A stretch of DNA of 60,329 bases, counting the filler. It is 7 parts of 7 records of this genome, joined end to end, with 100 filler letters (N's around TTAATTAATTAA, not from the genome) between each part and the next. Parts side by side here need not be neighbours in the genome. Positions count along the whole stretch, not along the records: positions 17,497 to 30,485 come from SRR31156797_10307; 6 more parts are not named here. One strand, given 5' to 3'. The first letter of the stretch is position 1, and each line of letters opens with the position of its first letter. The notes beneath the pieces were generated by a model. That model was not told the DNA's origin. It ran no database searches and saw only the letters and a program-made list of their open reading frames with translations. A program made the position numbers and the translations under genes. This document shows positions 18,742-27,468 of the stretch, piece after piece.

Positions 18742-19869
18742 ATGTCAGAGAGGAAAAACGTGGCTGAGCGGATTGCATTTGTAGATGACGAGGAACTCGT
18801 TCTGGGGACCTTGAGCCGGATTTTTGAGAATGAACCCTATGAGGTTTATACCTTTGATACACCCTCAAAAGCGGTCGAGGCCATGGAGAAGCATTCCTTT
18901 TGCGTGGTGGTCTCCGACCAGATGATGCCGGAAATGGATGGCACTGAATTTCTTGGCCAAGTGGGTGAAAGATGGCCGGATACGGTGCGCATTCTGATGA
19001 CCGGATATGCGGAGACGGAGACGGTCATCAGGGCCATAAATCAGGGCCGCGTTTTTCGTTTTATCAGCAAACCATGGGAAGTTCAAGAGCTGAAACAGAT
19101 TGTGAAGGACGCAATGGATCAGTACCGCCTTGTCAATGAGCACCGGGAGTTGACACGGCTTACGGAAGAGCAGAACCGGAAACTGGTTGAACTGAACCAG
19201 GGCCTTGAAAAAAGGGTTCAGGATAGAACCCGACAGTTGAGGCAAAATGAAGAAGAACTGAATAATACCCTGGCCCAATTACGGAAATCCCTGGAGGCAA
19301 CCATTCAAGCGCTGGCCTTGACGGCGGAAGCGAGAGATCCGTATACGGCCGGCCATCAGCGTCGGGTTGCCGATTTGTCAAGATCCATTGCCCGGAAAAT
19401 GGGTCTTCCCCGGGATCAAGTGGATGGCGTTCGTATGGCGGGGTCAATACATGATCTGGGAAAGATCTATGTGCCTTCGGAAATTCTGAATAAGCCGGGT
19501 AAAATCAGGGCAAATGAATTTGAACTGGTGAAGTCGCATCCGCAGGTGGGGTATGAGATATTAAAAACCATTGCTTTTCCCTGGCCCGTGGCCGAGATCG
19601 AAATTCAACATCACGAACGCTTGGATGGTTCCGGGTATCCAAACGGGCTTAAAGGGGATGAAATCCTGCTGGAGGCCAGAATCGTAGCGGTTGCCGACGT
19701 GGTGGAGAGCATGTCTTCCCACCGTCCCTACCGTCCCGCCCTTGGCATTGAAAAGGCTTTGGAAGAAATCAGGGCCGGTCGTGGAACGCTTTTTGATGAA
19801 AGGGTGGTGGATGCCTGCCTGCTGCTTTTCGAGGAGGACGGCTATACCCTTGACCTCACTGCTCCATGA
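18742..19869 (+). CDS. Response regulator with REC + coiled coil + HD-GYP domain
   Basis: 'FVDDEE', 'SDQMMPEMDG', 'ISKPW'; 'HDLGK', 'HHERLDGSGYP', 'HRPYRP'. Confidence 0.93.
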   Translation: MSERKNVAERIAFVDDEELVLGTLSRIFENEPYEVYTFDTPSKAVEAMEKHSFCVVVSDQMMPEMDGTEFLGQVGERWPDTVRILMTGYAETETVIRAINQGRVFRFISKPWEVQELKQIVKDAMDQYRLVNEHRELTRLTEEQNRKLVELNQGLEKRVQDRTRQLRQNEEELNNTLAQLRKSLEATIQALALTAEARDPYTAGHQRRVADLSRSIARKMGLPRDQVDGVRMAGSIHDLGKIYVPSEILNKPGKIRANEFELVKSHPQVGYEILKTIAFPWPVAEIEIQHHERLDGSGYPNGLKGDEILLEARIVAVADVVESMSSHRPYRPALGIEKALEEIRAGRGTLFDERVVDACLLLFEEDGYTLDLTAP

Positions 19870-20881
19870 AATAGGTACACACATCCCGAGATACATTCCG
19901 AATAAAAGAACCTTTGTATTTCCCCGTAATGAAAACCGTCAGGACGAATTTCTCCCCGTTTGGCAGTACCACGATGCCGGCGTCGTGAAATGTGTCGGAG
20001 GTGGTGCCGGTTTTTGAAAAGACCTCTGCTCCCTTGGGTGCTCCACCTGCGATCCTCATGCGCTGATAGTTCTGCTTCCTAACGTCTCGAACCATCAGCT
20101 CGCACATGGCGTCACAGCTGTCGGGGTCCACCAGGGCCTCAGCGGCCAGGATCTGCAGAAACCTGGCGGCGGCCACGGCCGTCATGGAATTTCGATTAAC
20201 CCAGGGGCCCGAAGCCTTACCATTTCTCAAAAACTGCTTTTCACCCGGCGGTATGGGGGAGCCCCAGGTTTTCTGGCAGGCGTTGATATGCTCAATCCCC
20301 AGGGATCGTAACCAGTTGTTGCACCCATTCCGTTTAACAGCAAATTCTTTATAGGTTTTGGGCGATCTGAGCTCACCCCCTGATGTTCCGCTCCACAAAT
20401 CGACAATCCAGGCCGTGGCCGTGTTACTGGAAGGGTGTATCATTTGATAGAGTTTCCTGTGAACCTGAGGCGTGATTTTGCACGCGCCTTCTTTGGCCAG
20501 GTGATAGACATAGCCCATATATATCATTTTGATGACGCTTGAGGGATAAAGGGGTTCACGGCCGTTATATTGGGCCAGGTGGGGTTTTCCGGGGTTTTTC
20601 AGATCAATGAGCGCCAAGTGCACCTGACCGGAAGCAAGACCCGGTTGTTTTTTGAGGTTCCGGGTTACGATTTGCTCCAATACATCCTGAAGTTGTTTTG
20701 AAACGACGGGTTGCGGAGGGAGAGGGATGCTTTGCGCCGCGCTGCAATATTCAGTCAGACAGGTCGACGACAATGGGAAAATGAACAAAATGATTCCCAT
20801 GACCATTTGGTTGCTGCGGAGGCGGTATTGAATGATTTTGGATGCCGCGAGCGTCAGTGAAAATGTTGAGATATTCCACAT
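19856..20881 (-). CDS. Class A beta-lactamase-like serine hydrolase (PBP-A-like)
   Basis: SxxK 'SVIK', SxN 'SSN', 'KTG', 'HDAGIV'; hydrophobic N-terminus; exact start uncertain. Confidence 0.8.
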   Translation of the reverse strand: MWNISTFSLTLAASKIIQYRLRSNQMVMGIILFIFPLSSTCLTEYCSAAQSIPLPPQPVVSKQLQDVLEQIVTRNLKKQPGLASGQVHLALIDLKNPGKPHLAQYNGREPLYPSSVIKMIYMGYVYHLAKEGACKITPQVHRKLYQMIHPSSNTATAWIVDLWSGTSGGELRSPKTYKEFAVKRNGCNNWLRSLGIEHINACQKTWGSPIPPGEKQFLRNGKASGPWVNRNSMTAVAAARFLQILAAEALVDPDSCDAMCELMVRDVRKQNYQRMRIAGGAPKGAEVFSKTGTTSDTFHDAGIVVLPNGEKFVLTVFITGKYKGSFIRNVSRDVCTYFMEQ

Positions 20882-21070
20882 GGAGTGCTTCCTTAATTTT
20901 GTATTTTTGCCTTTTTAACATCTCTTATCACTAAATTCAAGTAAGGGTACAATGTATCTTGTCTTTTGATACATCCCCTTACTTATGGATTGTAAAAAAA
21001 TGGATTGACCTGAAGCTTGGAAAATGGTTAATCTTTCGTGAAAATAAACCCGCTGGGAAAGGAATCATAG

Positions 21071-21532
21071 ATGAAGAAATGCCTTGGCATGTTTTGCAGT
21101 ATCCTGGTCGTTGTCATTTTTGTTGGAGGTCTGTTTGGCTGTTCAGACGAAAAAGTGTCCAGTGACGTCAGTTCGATTAAATCAAGGCTTGAGAAAATAG
21201 AGGACAGGCTTGGAAATATTGAAAAATCCGCGAAGAGGGTAGGGCTTCTGGAGGTGGAGTTTCAAAAGCTCCAGCAGTCCATGGAAGCCTGGGAGCGCGC
21301 TATTACCGCGCGTCTGGCGCCGGTTTCAAAGAAGAAAACCGTATCCCGGACCGCGGCGGCGGGGAACCAAAAGAAAAAGAATGGCAAACGAAAAATCTAT
21401 GTTGTCAAACGGGGGGACAGCCTGTTCGGTATCGCACAGAAACACCATATGACCATTGATGAGTTGTGTCGGTTGAACAAAGTTACCGCAAAAACAATCC
21501 TGCATCCCGGGGGAAAACTCCTGGTTTATTAG
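21071..21532 (+). CDS. LysM-domain lipoprotein
   Basis: Lipobox 'LFGC', coiled coil, C-terminal LysM 'YVVKRGDSLFGIA...LCRLN....LHPG'. Confidence 0.88.
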   Translation: MKKCLGMFCSILVVVIFVGGLFGCSDEKVSSDVSSIKSRLEKIEDRLGNIEKSAKRVGLLEVEFQKLQQSMEAWERAITARLAPVSKKKTVSRTAAAGNQKKKNGKRKIYVVKRGDSLFGIAQKHHMTIDELCRLNKVTAKTILHPGGKLLVY

Positions 21533-21580
21533 AGGATTCTCCGAATCATTTGAAGCGTTTTTGCAAGGGGGGACAATAAT

Positions 21581-22198
21581 ATGGATAAGGTCGACGTCAA
21601 GTTTGGTGAGTGGATTGAGAAGGGGTTTAACCTATACAAGGAAAATTTCGGTATCCTCGTGCTGGTCTCCCTCATTGCCGTAATTGTAAGCGCCATTACG
21701 GTGGGCGTCCTTGCCGGGCCCTTGGCGGCGGGTGTTCTTTTCATCATCTTTCAATTGCATGACCGTAAGGAATCTCAGCCGGAGGTCGGTACCCTGCTCA
21801 GGGGGTTTGATTTTTTTCTGCACAGTTTTCTGTTTTTTGTCATCTGGGGCATTGCCGTATTTATTGCGAGCCTGATCCTGGGTCTCGTCCCCTGCATCGG
21901 TCAACTGGCCTCCCTGTTTGTTGTTTTCGTGGCCCATGCGCTGCTGATGTTCGGCCTTTTTTTGATTGTGGACAGAAAAATGGAGTTCTGGCCCGCTTCC
22001 GTTGAGAGCTTCAATATGGTGAAACGCAACTTCTGGCCTTTCTTAGGTTTTTCCATTGTATCCAACCTTATCGGCAGCGTCGGCGCGGTCGCCTGCGGTA
22101 TCGGTATCGTTTTTACCCTGCCCATTCAGCTTTGTATCCTGACCGTGGCATACCGGGAGATTTTTGACGGCAGGACAATCGATTCCCGGGAGTCTTGA
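21581..22198 (+). CDS. Integral membrane protein of unknown function
   Basis: Several hydrophobic helices; 'MEFWPASVESF', 'ACGIGIVFTLP'. Confidence 0.75.
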   Translation: MDKVDVKFGEWIEKGFNLYKENFGILVLVSLIAVIVSAITVGVLAGPLAAGVLFIIFQLHDRKESQPEVGTLLRGFDFFLHSFLFFVIWGIAVFIASLILGLVPCIGQLASLFVVFVAHALLMFGLFLIVDRKMEFWPASVESFNMVKRNFWPFLGFSIVSNLIGSVGAVACGIGIVFTLPIQLCILTVAYREIFDGRTIDSRES

Positions 22199-22207
22199 TG
22201 GGCTGAA

Positions 22208-22675
22208 ATGAACATCAGCGCCGGGCGTTTCGGCCCCATAAGAAAAGCATATCCGTTTCCGGTATGGACCAGACCCCATTCCTATTGGGATGTGGTGGTG
22301 GTGCATCTACCCATGGCCTTGCCGGCCGGCTTGGGATTGTTTCTGCCCCTCTGGGTTTCCCGTAATTCCCTTCCCCTTATGAAATGCACCTTTTTGTATG
22401 TGACCGGTCTTCCATGCCCCTTTTGTGGTTTCACCCGGTCTCTCTGGTCCATTTCAGCGGGTGACTGGTATTTTGCGGTGGTAAATTACCCTCTTTCACT
22501 GGGGATTTATGGTTTGATGGCTCTCTTTTTTGCCTGGCATTCCACCGCGCTTTTATTGGGGCTCAGGATGGAATCCGGACTCTACCGGATTTGTAAATCG
22601 GCGTATACCTGGTGGATGATGGGTGCCCTGTTCTTTCTAAATTGGGTGTATCGAATCGGTTTCGGGCTGACGTAG
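22208..22675 (+). CDS. DUF2752-family membrane protein
   Basis: 'CTFLYVTGLPCPFCGFTRS' motif. Confidence 0.85.
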   Translation: MNISAGRFGPIRKAYPFPVWTRPHSYWDVVVVHLPMALPAGLGLFLPLWVSRNSLPLMKCTFLYVTGLPCPFCGFTRSLWSISAGDWYFAVVNYPLSLGIYGLMALFFAWHSTALLLGLRMESGLYRICKSAYTWWMMGALFFLNWVYRIGFGLT

Positions 22676-22709
22676 CAAGACTTTTGAAAAAATTGGAGAT
22701 TTTATATCG

Positions 22710-23945
22710 ATGACCGAAGAAGAAAATCAGAAAAATGCATTACCTCGCCCCTTGGAGGGGATACGTGTGGTGGAATACGGCCTTTTTCATGCGGGGCCGG
22801 GGGCTGGTGCCATCCTGGGGGATCTTGGCGCGGAAGTGATCAAGATTGAGCCGAAAGACGGAGACCCTGAACGTTACTGGACCCGGTTGGGGCAGTTGGA
22901 CCTTGCCCTTCCAAATGGCGAGAGCGCCATGTTTCAGGCCTCCAACCGCAACAAAAAGGGGATTGGCGTGGATATCCTGGACCCCATGGGTCGGGATGTA
23001 TTCAATCGGCTTATCCAAAAAACCGATGTTTTTCTGACCAATATCAGGAAGAGCACCAAAGCCAAATTGAAAATCGATCATGCCTCTTTGTCTTCCGTGA
23101 ACCCCAAACTGATTCATGCCAACGTGTCCGGATATGGACCCAATGGCCCCATGAGCGATCTGGGCGCCTTTGATCCCCTGGGGTTGGCCCGTTCGGGTAT
23201 GATGTTTGTGGCAGGTACCGATGAACCGCTCCTGATGCATATCGGTATCCTGGATCAGGCCACCTCCATTGCCTTGAGCCACGCCATTATTACGGCGCTC
23301 TTTGTGCGCGAGCGAAGGGGTGTGGGGCAGGAAGTTCACGTTTCGCTCTTTGGAACGGCACAATGGCTCATGCATCCGACCCTTATGATCGGGAATATCC
23401 TCTCCGTGGAACCCGTCATACATATGGACCGGAAAAAACATTCCCCCCTGCGCAATTTTTTCCGTTGCAGGGACGGGGAATGGATTATCGGCACCCATCA
23501 CCCGGAAGAAAAATATTGGGCTGATTTTTGTGAGGCCACCGGGCAACCGCAACTGATTTCCGATTCCCGTTATGCAACCCTTGAGGCAAGGGCTGCCAAC
23601 AGCGCAGCACTGATTGAGCACTTTGACCCGATCTTTGCTTCCAAGACCCGGGATGAATGGATGGATATATTTCTCGTTCGAGGCCTCATGTTCTGCTCGA
23701 TCCAACACGCAAGCGAGGTCAAAAACGATCCCCAGGCCCGGGCCAATGATTATGTGATGGACTTTGAGCATCCGTCACTGGGAAAGATTCAGATTCCCGG
23801 ATATCCGATTCATTTCAGTGCATGCGCAGCCGAAACCCGAGCCCCGGCACCCGGGCTGGGTGAACATACGAAAATTGTTCTTTCGGAAAACGGGTATACG
23901 GAATCTGAAATCAAAGCGTTCATGTCCTCTGGTGCCGTCTTCTAA
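22710..23945 (+). CDS. Family III CoA-transferase (CaiB/BaiF)
   Basis: 'PLEGIRVVE', 'LGDLGAEVIKIEP..GDPER', 'NRNKKGI', 'SGYGPNGP', 'APGLGEHT'. Confidence 0.95.
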   Translation: MTEEENQKNALPRPLEGIRVVEYGLFHAGPGAGAILGDLGAEVIKIEPKDGDPERYWTRLGQLDLALPNGESAMFQASNRNKKGIGVDILDPMGRDVFNRLIQKTDVFLTNIRKSTKAKLKIDHASLSSVNPKLIHANVSGYGPNGPMSDLGAFDPLGLARSGMMFVAGTDEPLLMHIGILDQATSIALSHAIITALFVRERRGVGQEVHVSLFGTAQWLMHPTLMIGNILSVEPVIHMDRKKHSPLRNFFRCRDGEWIIGTHHPEEKYWADFCEATGQPQLISDSRYATLEARAANSAALIEHFDPIFASKTRDEWMDIFLVRGLMFCSIQHASEVKNDPQARANDYVMDFEHPSLGKIQIPGYPIHFSACAAETRAPAPGLGEHTKIVLSENGYTESEIKAFMSSGAVF

Positions 23946-24012
23946 CCGGCATCCTTATTGTCAAGATTCATATCCTGAAAGTTATCACCCTATTTTGTAA
24001 GGTAAAAAACAA

Positions 24013-24047
24013 TTGACATTAAAACATTTGTTTGATACATATGTTTG
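24013..24047 (+). promoter_or_regulatory. Promoter -35 followed by tandem palindromic TetR-like operators
   Basis: TTGACA 24013-24018; AAACATTTGTTTG (24022-24034) and ATACATATGTTTG (24035-24047). Confidence 0.6.
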
Positions 24048-24070
24048 TATTAAATGGAGGTTTGAATCGT

Positions 24071-24724
24071 ATGGCTGGGACCTCAAAGGTCAAGATTTCA
24101 AAAGAACGGATTCTCTATGAAGCGGAAGCCCTGTTTGCGGAGCGAGGCTTTTATGCGGTGACCATTCGAGAAATAACGCAGGCGGCCCGTTGCAATCTGG
24201 CCGCTGTGAACTACCATTTCGGAAATAAGCAAAACCTTTATATGGAGGTTTTCAAATGTCTCTGGAAACCCAGGGCCAAGCGCATTTTTGCCCGTTTCGA
24301 GAGTGTTCTCGGGGTCCAAAGGGAGATCACCCTGCAGGGCATTGTTCATGCCGTGGCGGAAGCATTTATCAAAGGACCCCTTTCAGATGATGAACGGTTA
24401 CGGCACTTCCGATTGATGGTTCGTGAAATGGCCAGGCCCACGGAGGCTCTTGAAATGGTTATCGGAGATGTGATCGGGCCGTTTCAGAGAAAGCTGGCGG
24501 AATTGATTCGCCCTTTCATGGCCCGGGAAATGGGGCAAGTGGCTTTGCTCCTTTATATTCAGAGTATTATCAGCATGGTAATCCATTTCAACTTCTCCAG
24601 AAGTCCGGTGATGCGGGTTACCGGTAGGGAATATGATGACGCGTTTAAAGATGAACTGGTGAAACATGTGGTTCAATTCAGTCTCAGCGGATTGAACGGT
24701 GCCGGGGAAGGGGTTGTTCCATGA
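24071..24724 (+). CDS. TetR-family regulator (CecR/DUF1956-type C-terminus)
   Basis: 'LFAERGF..VTIREIT.AA.CNLAAVNYHFGNKQNLY'; RBS GGAGG. Confidence 0.92.
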   Translation: MAGTSKVKISKERILYEAEALFAERGFYAVTIREITQAARCNLAAVNYHFGNKQNLYMEVFKCLWKPRAKRIFARFESVLGVQREITLQGIVHAVAEAFIKGPLSDDERLRHFRLMVREMARPTEALEMVIGDVIGPFQRKLAELIRPFMAREMGQVALLLYIQSIISMVIHFNFSRSPVMRVTGREYDDAFKDELVKHVVQFSLSGLNGAGEGVVP

Positions 24725-26187
24725 GGCCGTCTAGGGCGCTTTTCTGGGTACTGGGGGTCTTCTGTTTATGGACGGTTGGGTGCATGAAAATGGGTCCGGA
24801 TTTCAAGAAACCCGACCTTCAACTGGCCCAGCCGGAGAAATTCCAGTATCGGCCCAGGAAAGGGACAGCCGTTATTCCTGAAGACCGATGGTGGGAGGTG
24901 TTCGGCGACCCGGAAATCAATGGACTGGTGGAAAAGGTGCTGAAGAATAATCCGGATCTTCAGCAGGCCGCGGCACGCATTCTCGAATTGCAGTACCAGG
25001 TGATCCAGACACGGGCGGACCGGTTTCCGACTTTGGGTTTGCAGGCCGGTGCGCAACGGCAACATGAACCGGAATCCACCTTCGGTCCGGGCGTTCCCAT
25101 GGGCGGAACCGTCAGCCAGTATGGTTTTTCCCTGCCGGCATCCTATGAGATGGACTTGTGGGGGAAATATGCGAGGGCCGAGGAAGCGTCCCGTGCGCAA
25201 TTGCTGCAGGAAGAAGAGAATCGTTTGACCCTGTCCCAGGGTCTGGTGGCGGAAGCCATCAGCCTTTATCTACAGATGCAATCCCTTGAAAGACGGATCC
25301 AGATTACCCTTCAGAGTTTGAACAATTATCAGGAAAGCGTCACATTTGTGGAGCGTCGTTATAAAAGAGGATTGACCAGCATCCTGGACCTGAGGCAGGC
25401 CAGAAGGACCCTGAACCAGGCAAAGGGGAATCTGCCGCAGCTCAGGCAGGAACTGGGTGCAGCCCAGCAGGCCCTTGCGGTAATTATGGGGGAATATCCC
25501 AAAACCCGAAAGCCTTATTCGCAGCCCGAGGATTACTATAAAAAGCTCAGGCCCGTACCGCCCGGCCTCCCCAGTGAACTTCTGTTGCGCAGACCGGATA
25601 TCCGGGCCGCCGAAGCCCAGTTGAAGTCTTTGAACGCGCAGGTTGGGGTGGCCAAGGCCAGCCGCTTTCCCAGCATCAGCCTGACGGGGAGTTACGGCTA
25701 TTCCAGCGAAGAATTGTTCAACCTTTTTACGCCCGGAGCCGCCTGGAGTATGGCCGCTTCCCTGGCGCAGCCGCTGTTCGATGCGGGCCGATTAAAGGCC
25801 AATCAACGGGCCGCTGAAGCACGGTACACCCAAGGGGTTGCGGGATACCGGAAAAAAGTTCTGGACGCTTTCAGAGAGGTGGAAAATGCGCTTTTAACCC
25901 GAAAAAAACAGATTGAACGTCGTGAGGATGTTTTGAGCTTTGTGGTGGAAGCCCGTGCCACCCAACGGGTGGCGGAAACCCGTTATACGCGTGGCCTGGT
26001 GGATTATTTGACCGTACTGAATGCCCAACAGACCCGATTTCAGGCGGAGGATCAACTGCTGCTGGTGGAGTTGACCATCCTGGCAAATCGCGTGACCCTG
26101 CATCGGGCCCTGGGCGGCGGATGGGCCGTGTTGCCTCCGGTAAAAGGGAAGGAAACCGAAGGGGGGTCATCTTATACCATCTGGTGA
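24721..26187 (+). CDS. RND efflux outer-membrane factor lipoprotein (NodT/OprM family)
   Basis: Lipobox 'TVGC', 'WWEVFGDPEIN', 'PSELLLRRPDI', 'LHRALGGGW'. Confidence 0.93.
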   Translation: MRPSRALFWVLGVFCLWTVGCMKMGPDFKKPDLQLAQPEKFQYRPRKGTAVIPEDRWWEVFGDPEINGLVEKVLKNNPDLQQAAARILELQYQVIQTRADRFPTLGLQAGAQRQHEPESTFGPGVPMGGTVSQYGFSLPASYEMDLWGKYARAEEASRAQLLQEEENRLTLSQGLVAEAISLYLQMQSLERRIQITLQSLNNYQESVTFVERRYKRGLTSILDLRQARRTLNQAKGNLPQLRQELGAAQQALAVIMGEYPKTRKPYSQPEDYYKKLRPVPPGLPSELLLRRPDIRAAEAQLKSLNAQVGVAKASRFPSISLTGSYGYSSEELFNLFTPGAAWSMAASLAQPLFDAGRLKANQRAAEARYTQGVAGYRKKVLDAFREVENALLTRKKQIERREDVLSFVVEARATQRVAETRYTRGLVDYLTVLNAQQTRFQAEDQLLLVELTILANRVTLHRALGGGWAVLPPVKGKETEGGSSYTIW

Positions 26188-26280
26188 TGGGGCATTGGTT
26201 AAAGGTGTAGAGCGAAATGAGTGACATTGATCGGTTTTCCGCAACCGTGAACGGTTAAGGAAAGAGGCGGATAGTATATT

Positions 26281-27468
26281 ATGAGCAAGACGAAAAAACG
26301 ACTCATTCAGGTTTTTTTTACGATCATCCTGATCGCTTTGGGTGCTTTTGGAATGATAAAGCTCACCGAAAGTAAACCGCAGATGAAAAAGCGGAAAATC
26401 GTAGCGCCTGTTCCCATGGCCCGAACCATGGTGGTTGAAACCGCTGCAAAAGCCATGGTCATTCGCGGGGAGGGCACGGTCACACCGCTTAATGAGATTG
26501 ATCTGGCGCCCGAGGTGGACGGTAAAGTGGTTTTTCTCTCTCCGTCCATGATCAATGGCGGCGCCTTCAAGAAAGGGGAGCCCCTGTTGCGCATCGAGCC
26601 CGAGGATTACCGGTTGGCGGTGACCCTTCAGGAATCCAAAGTCAAGAATGCCCAGAGTCTGCTACGCCTGGCGGAGGAAGAGACCGCGGCGGCAAAGGAA
26701 GAATGGCAACAGCTCTATGTGGATGATAATGCAACTGGAAAAGAGGCACCGGCCCTAGTGCTCAAAAAACCCCAGCTGGCGGCGGCAAAGGCCAAGCTGG
26801 CGGCTGACAAAGCTGAGCTGCGAAGCGCACAGCTATCCCTTGAACGGACGGAGATCAAGGCGCCGTTCAATGGTCGGGTGGAAGTGGAAGACGTGGGGTT
26901 GGGGCAGTATGTGAAGGTTGGTGAAGAGTTGGCCACCCTTTTTTCCACCGATGTGGCGGAAATTGTGGTTCCCCTTGAAGACGAGAGCCTTTTCTGGTTT
27001 CATGTTCCCGGTTTTACGCCGGGGAACGGCCCCGGTGCGCCCGCAACCGTTCGGGTGCGGCTTGCGGGGCGTTCATGTACCTGGGAAGGCCGCGTGGTTC
27101 GTGCCGAAGGGAAAATGGATGACCGGACCCGAATGGTCCGTGTGGTGGTCAGGGTGGACAAGCCCTATGCCGCCAAGCCTCCCCTGGCGGTGGGGCTTTT
27201 TGTCAGGGTCGAAATCAAAGGGCGCCAAATACCGGATCTGGCGATTATTCCCCGTAGCGCTCTTCACCAGGGAGATACGGTATGGGTGGTGGACTCTGAT
27301 GATCGGCTCCATTACCGAAAAGTCCGGGTGGCCAGGATTGACGGGGAAGAGGTGCAGGTTGAAAAGGGTCTCAAAACGGGGGATCGGGTGGTGGTAAGCC
27401 CCCTCAAAACGGTTGTGGACGGTATGACCATTCGGCCCGTGCCCCAAAAGGAGGAAAAGCAGGGATGA
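26281..27468 (+). CDS. RND efflux periplasmic adaptor (membrane fusion protein)
   Basis: N-terminal TM, 'PEVDGKV', 'RTEIKAPFNGRV', 'GLKTGDRVV'. Confidence 0.93.
   Translation: MSKTKKRLIQVFFTIILIALGAFGMIKLTESKPQMKKRKIVAPVPMARTMVVETAAKAMVIRGEGTVTPLNEIDLAPEVDGKVVFLSPSMINGGAFKKGEPLLRIEPEDYRLAVTLQESKVKNAQSLLRLAEEETAAAKEEWQQLYVDDNATGKEAPALVLKKPQLAAAKAKLAADKAELRSAQLSLERTEIKAPFNGRVEVEDVGLGQYVKVGEELATLFSTDVAEIVVPLEDESLFWFHVPGFTPGNGPGAPATVRVRLAGRSCTWEGRVVRAEGKMDDRTRMVRVVVRVDKPYAAKPPLAVGLFVRVEIKGRQIPDLAIIPRSALHQGDTVWVVDSDDRLHYRKVRVARIDGEEVQVEKGLKTGDRVVVSPLKTVVDGMTIRPVPQKEEKQG

Noticed and set aside
22740-23771. 343-aa minus-strand ORF and many similar antisense ORFs in the GC-rich contigs
   Set aside because: Fully overlap well-supported genes; expected from GC-rich codon bias
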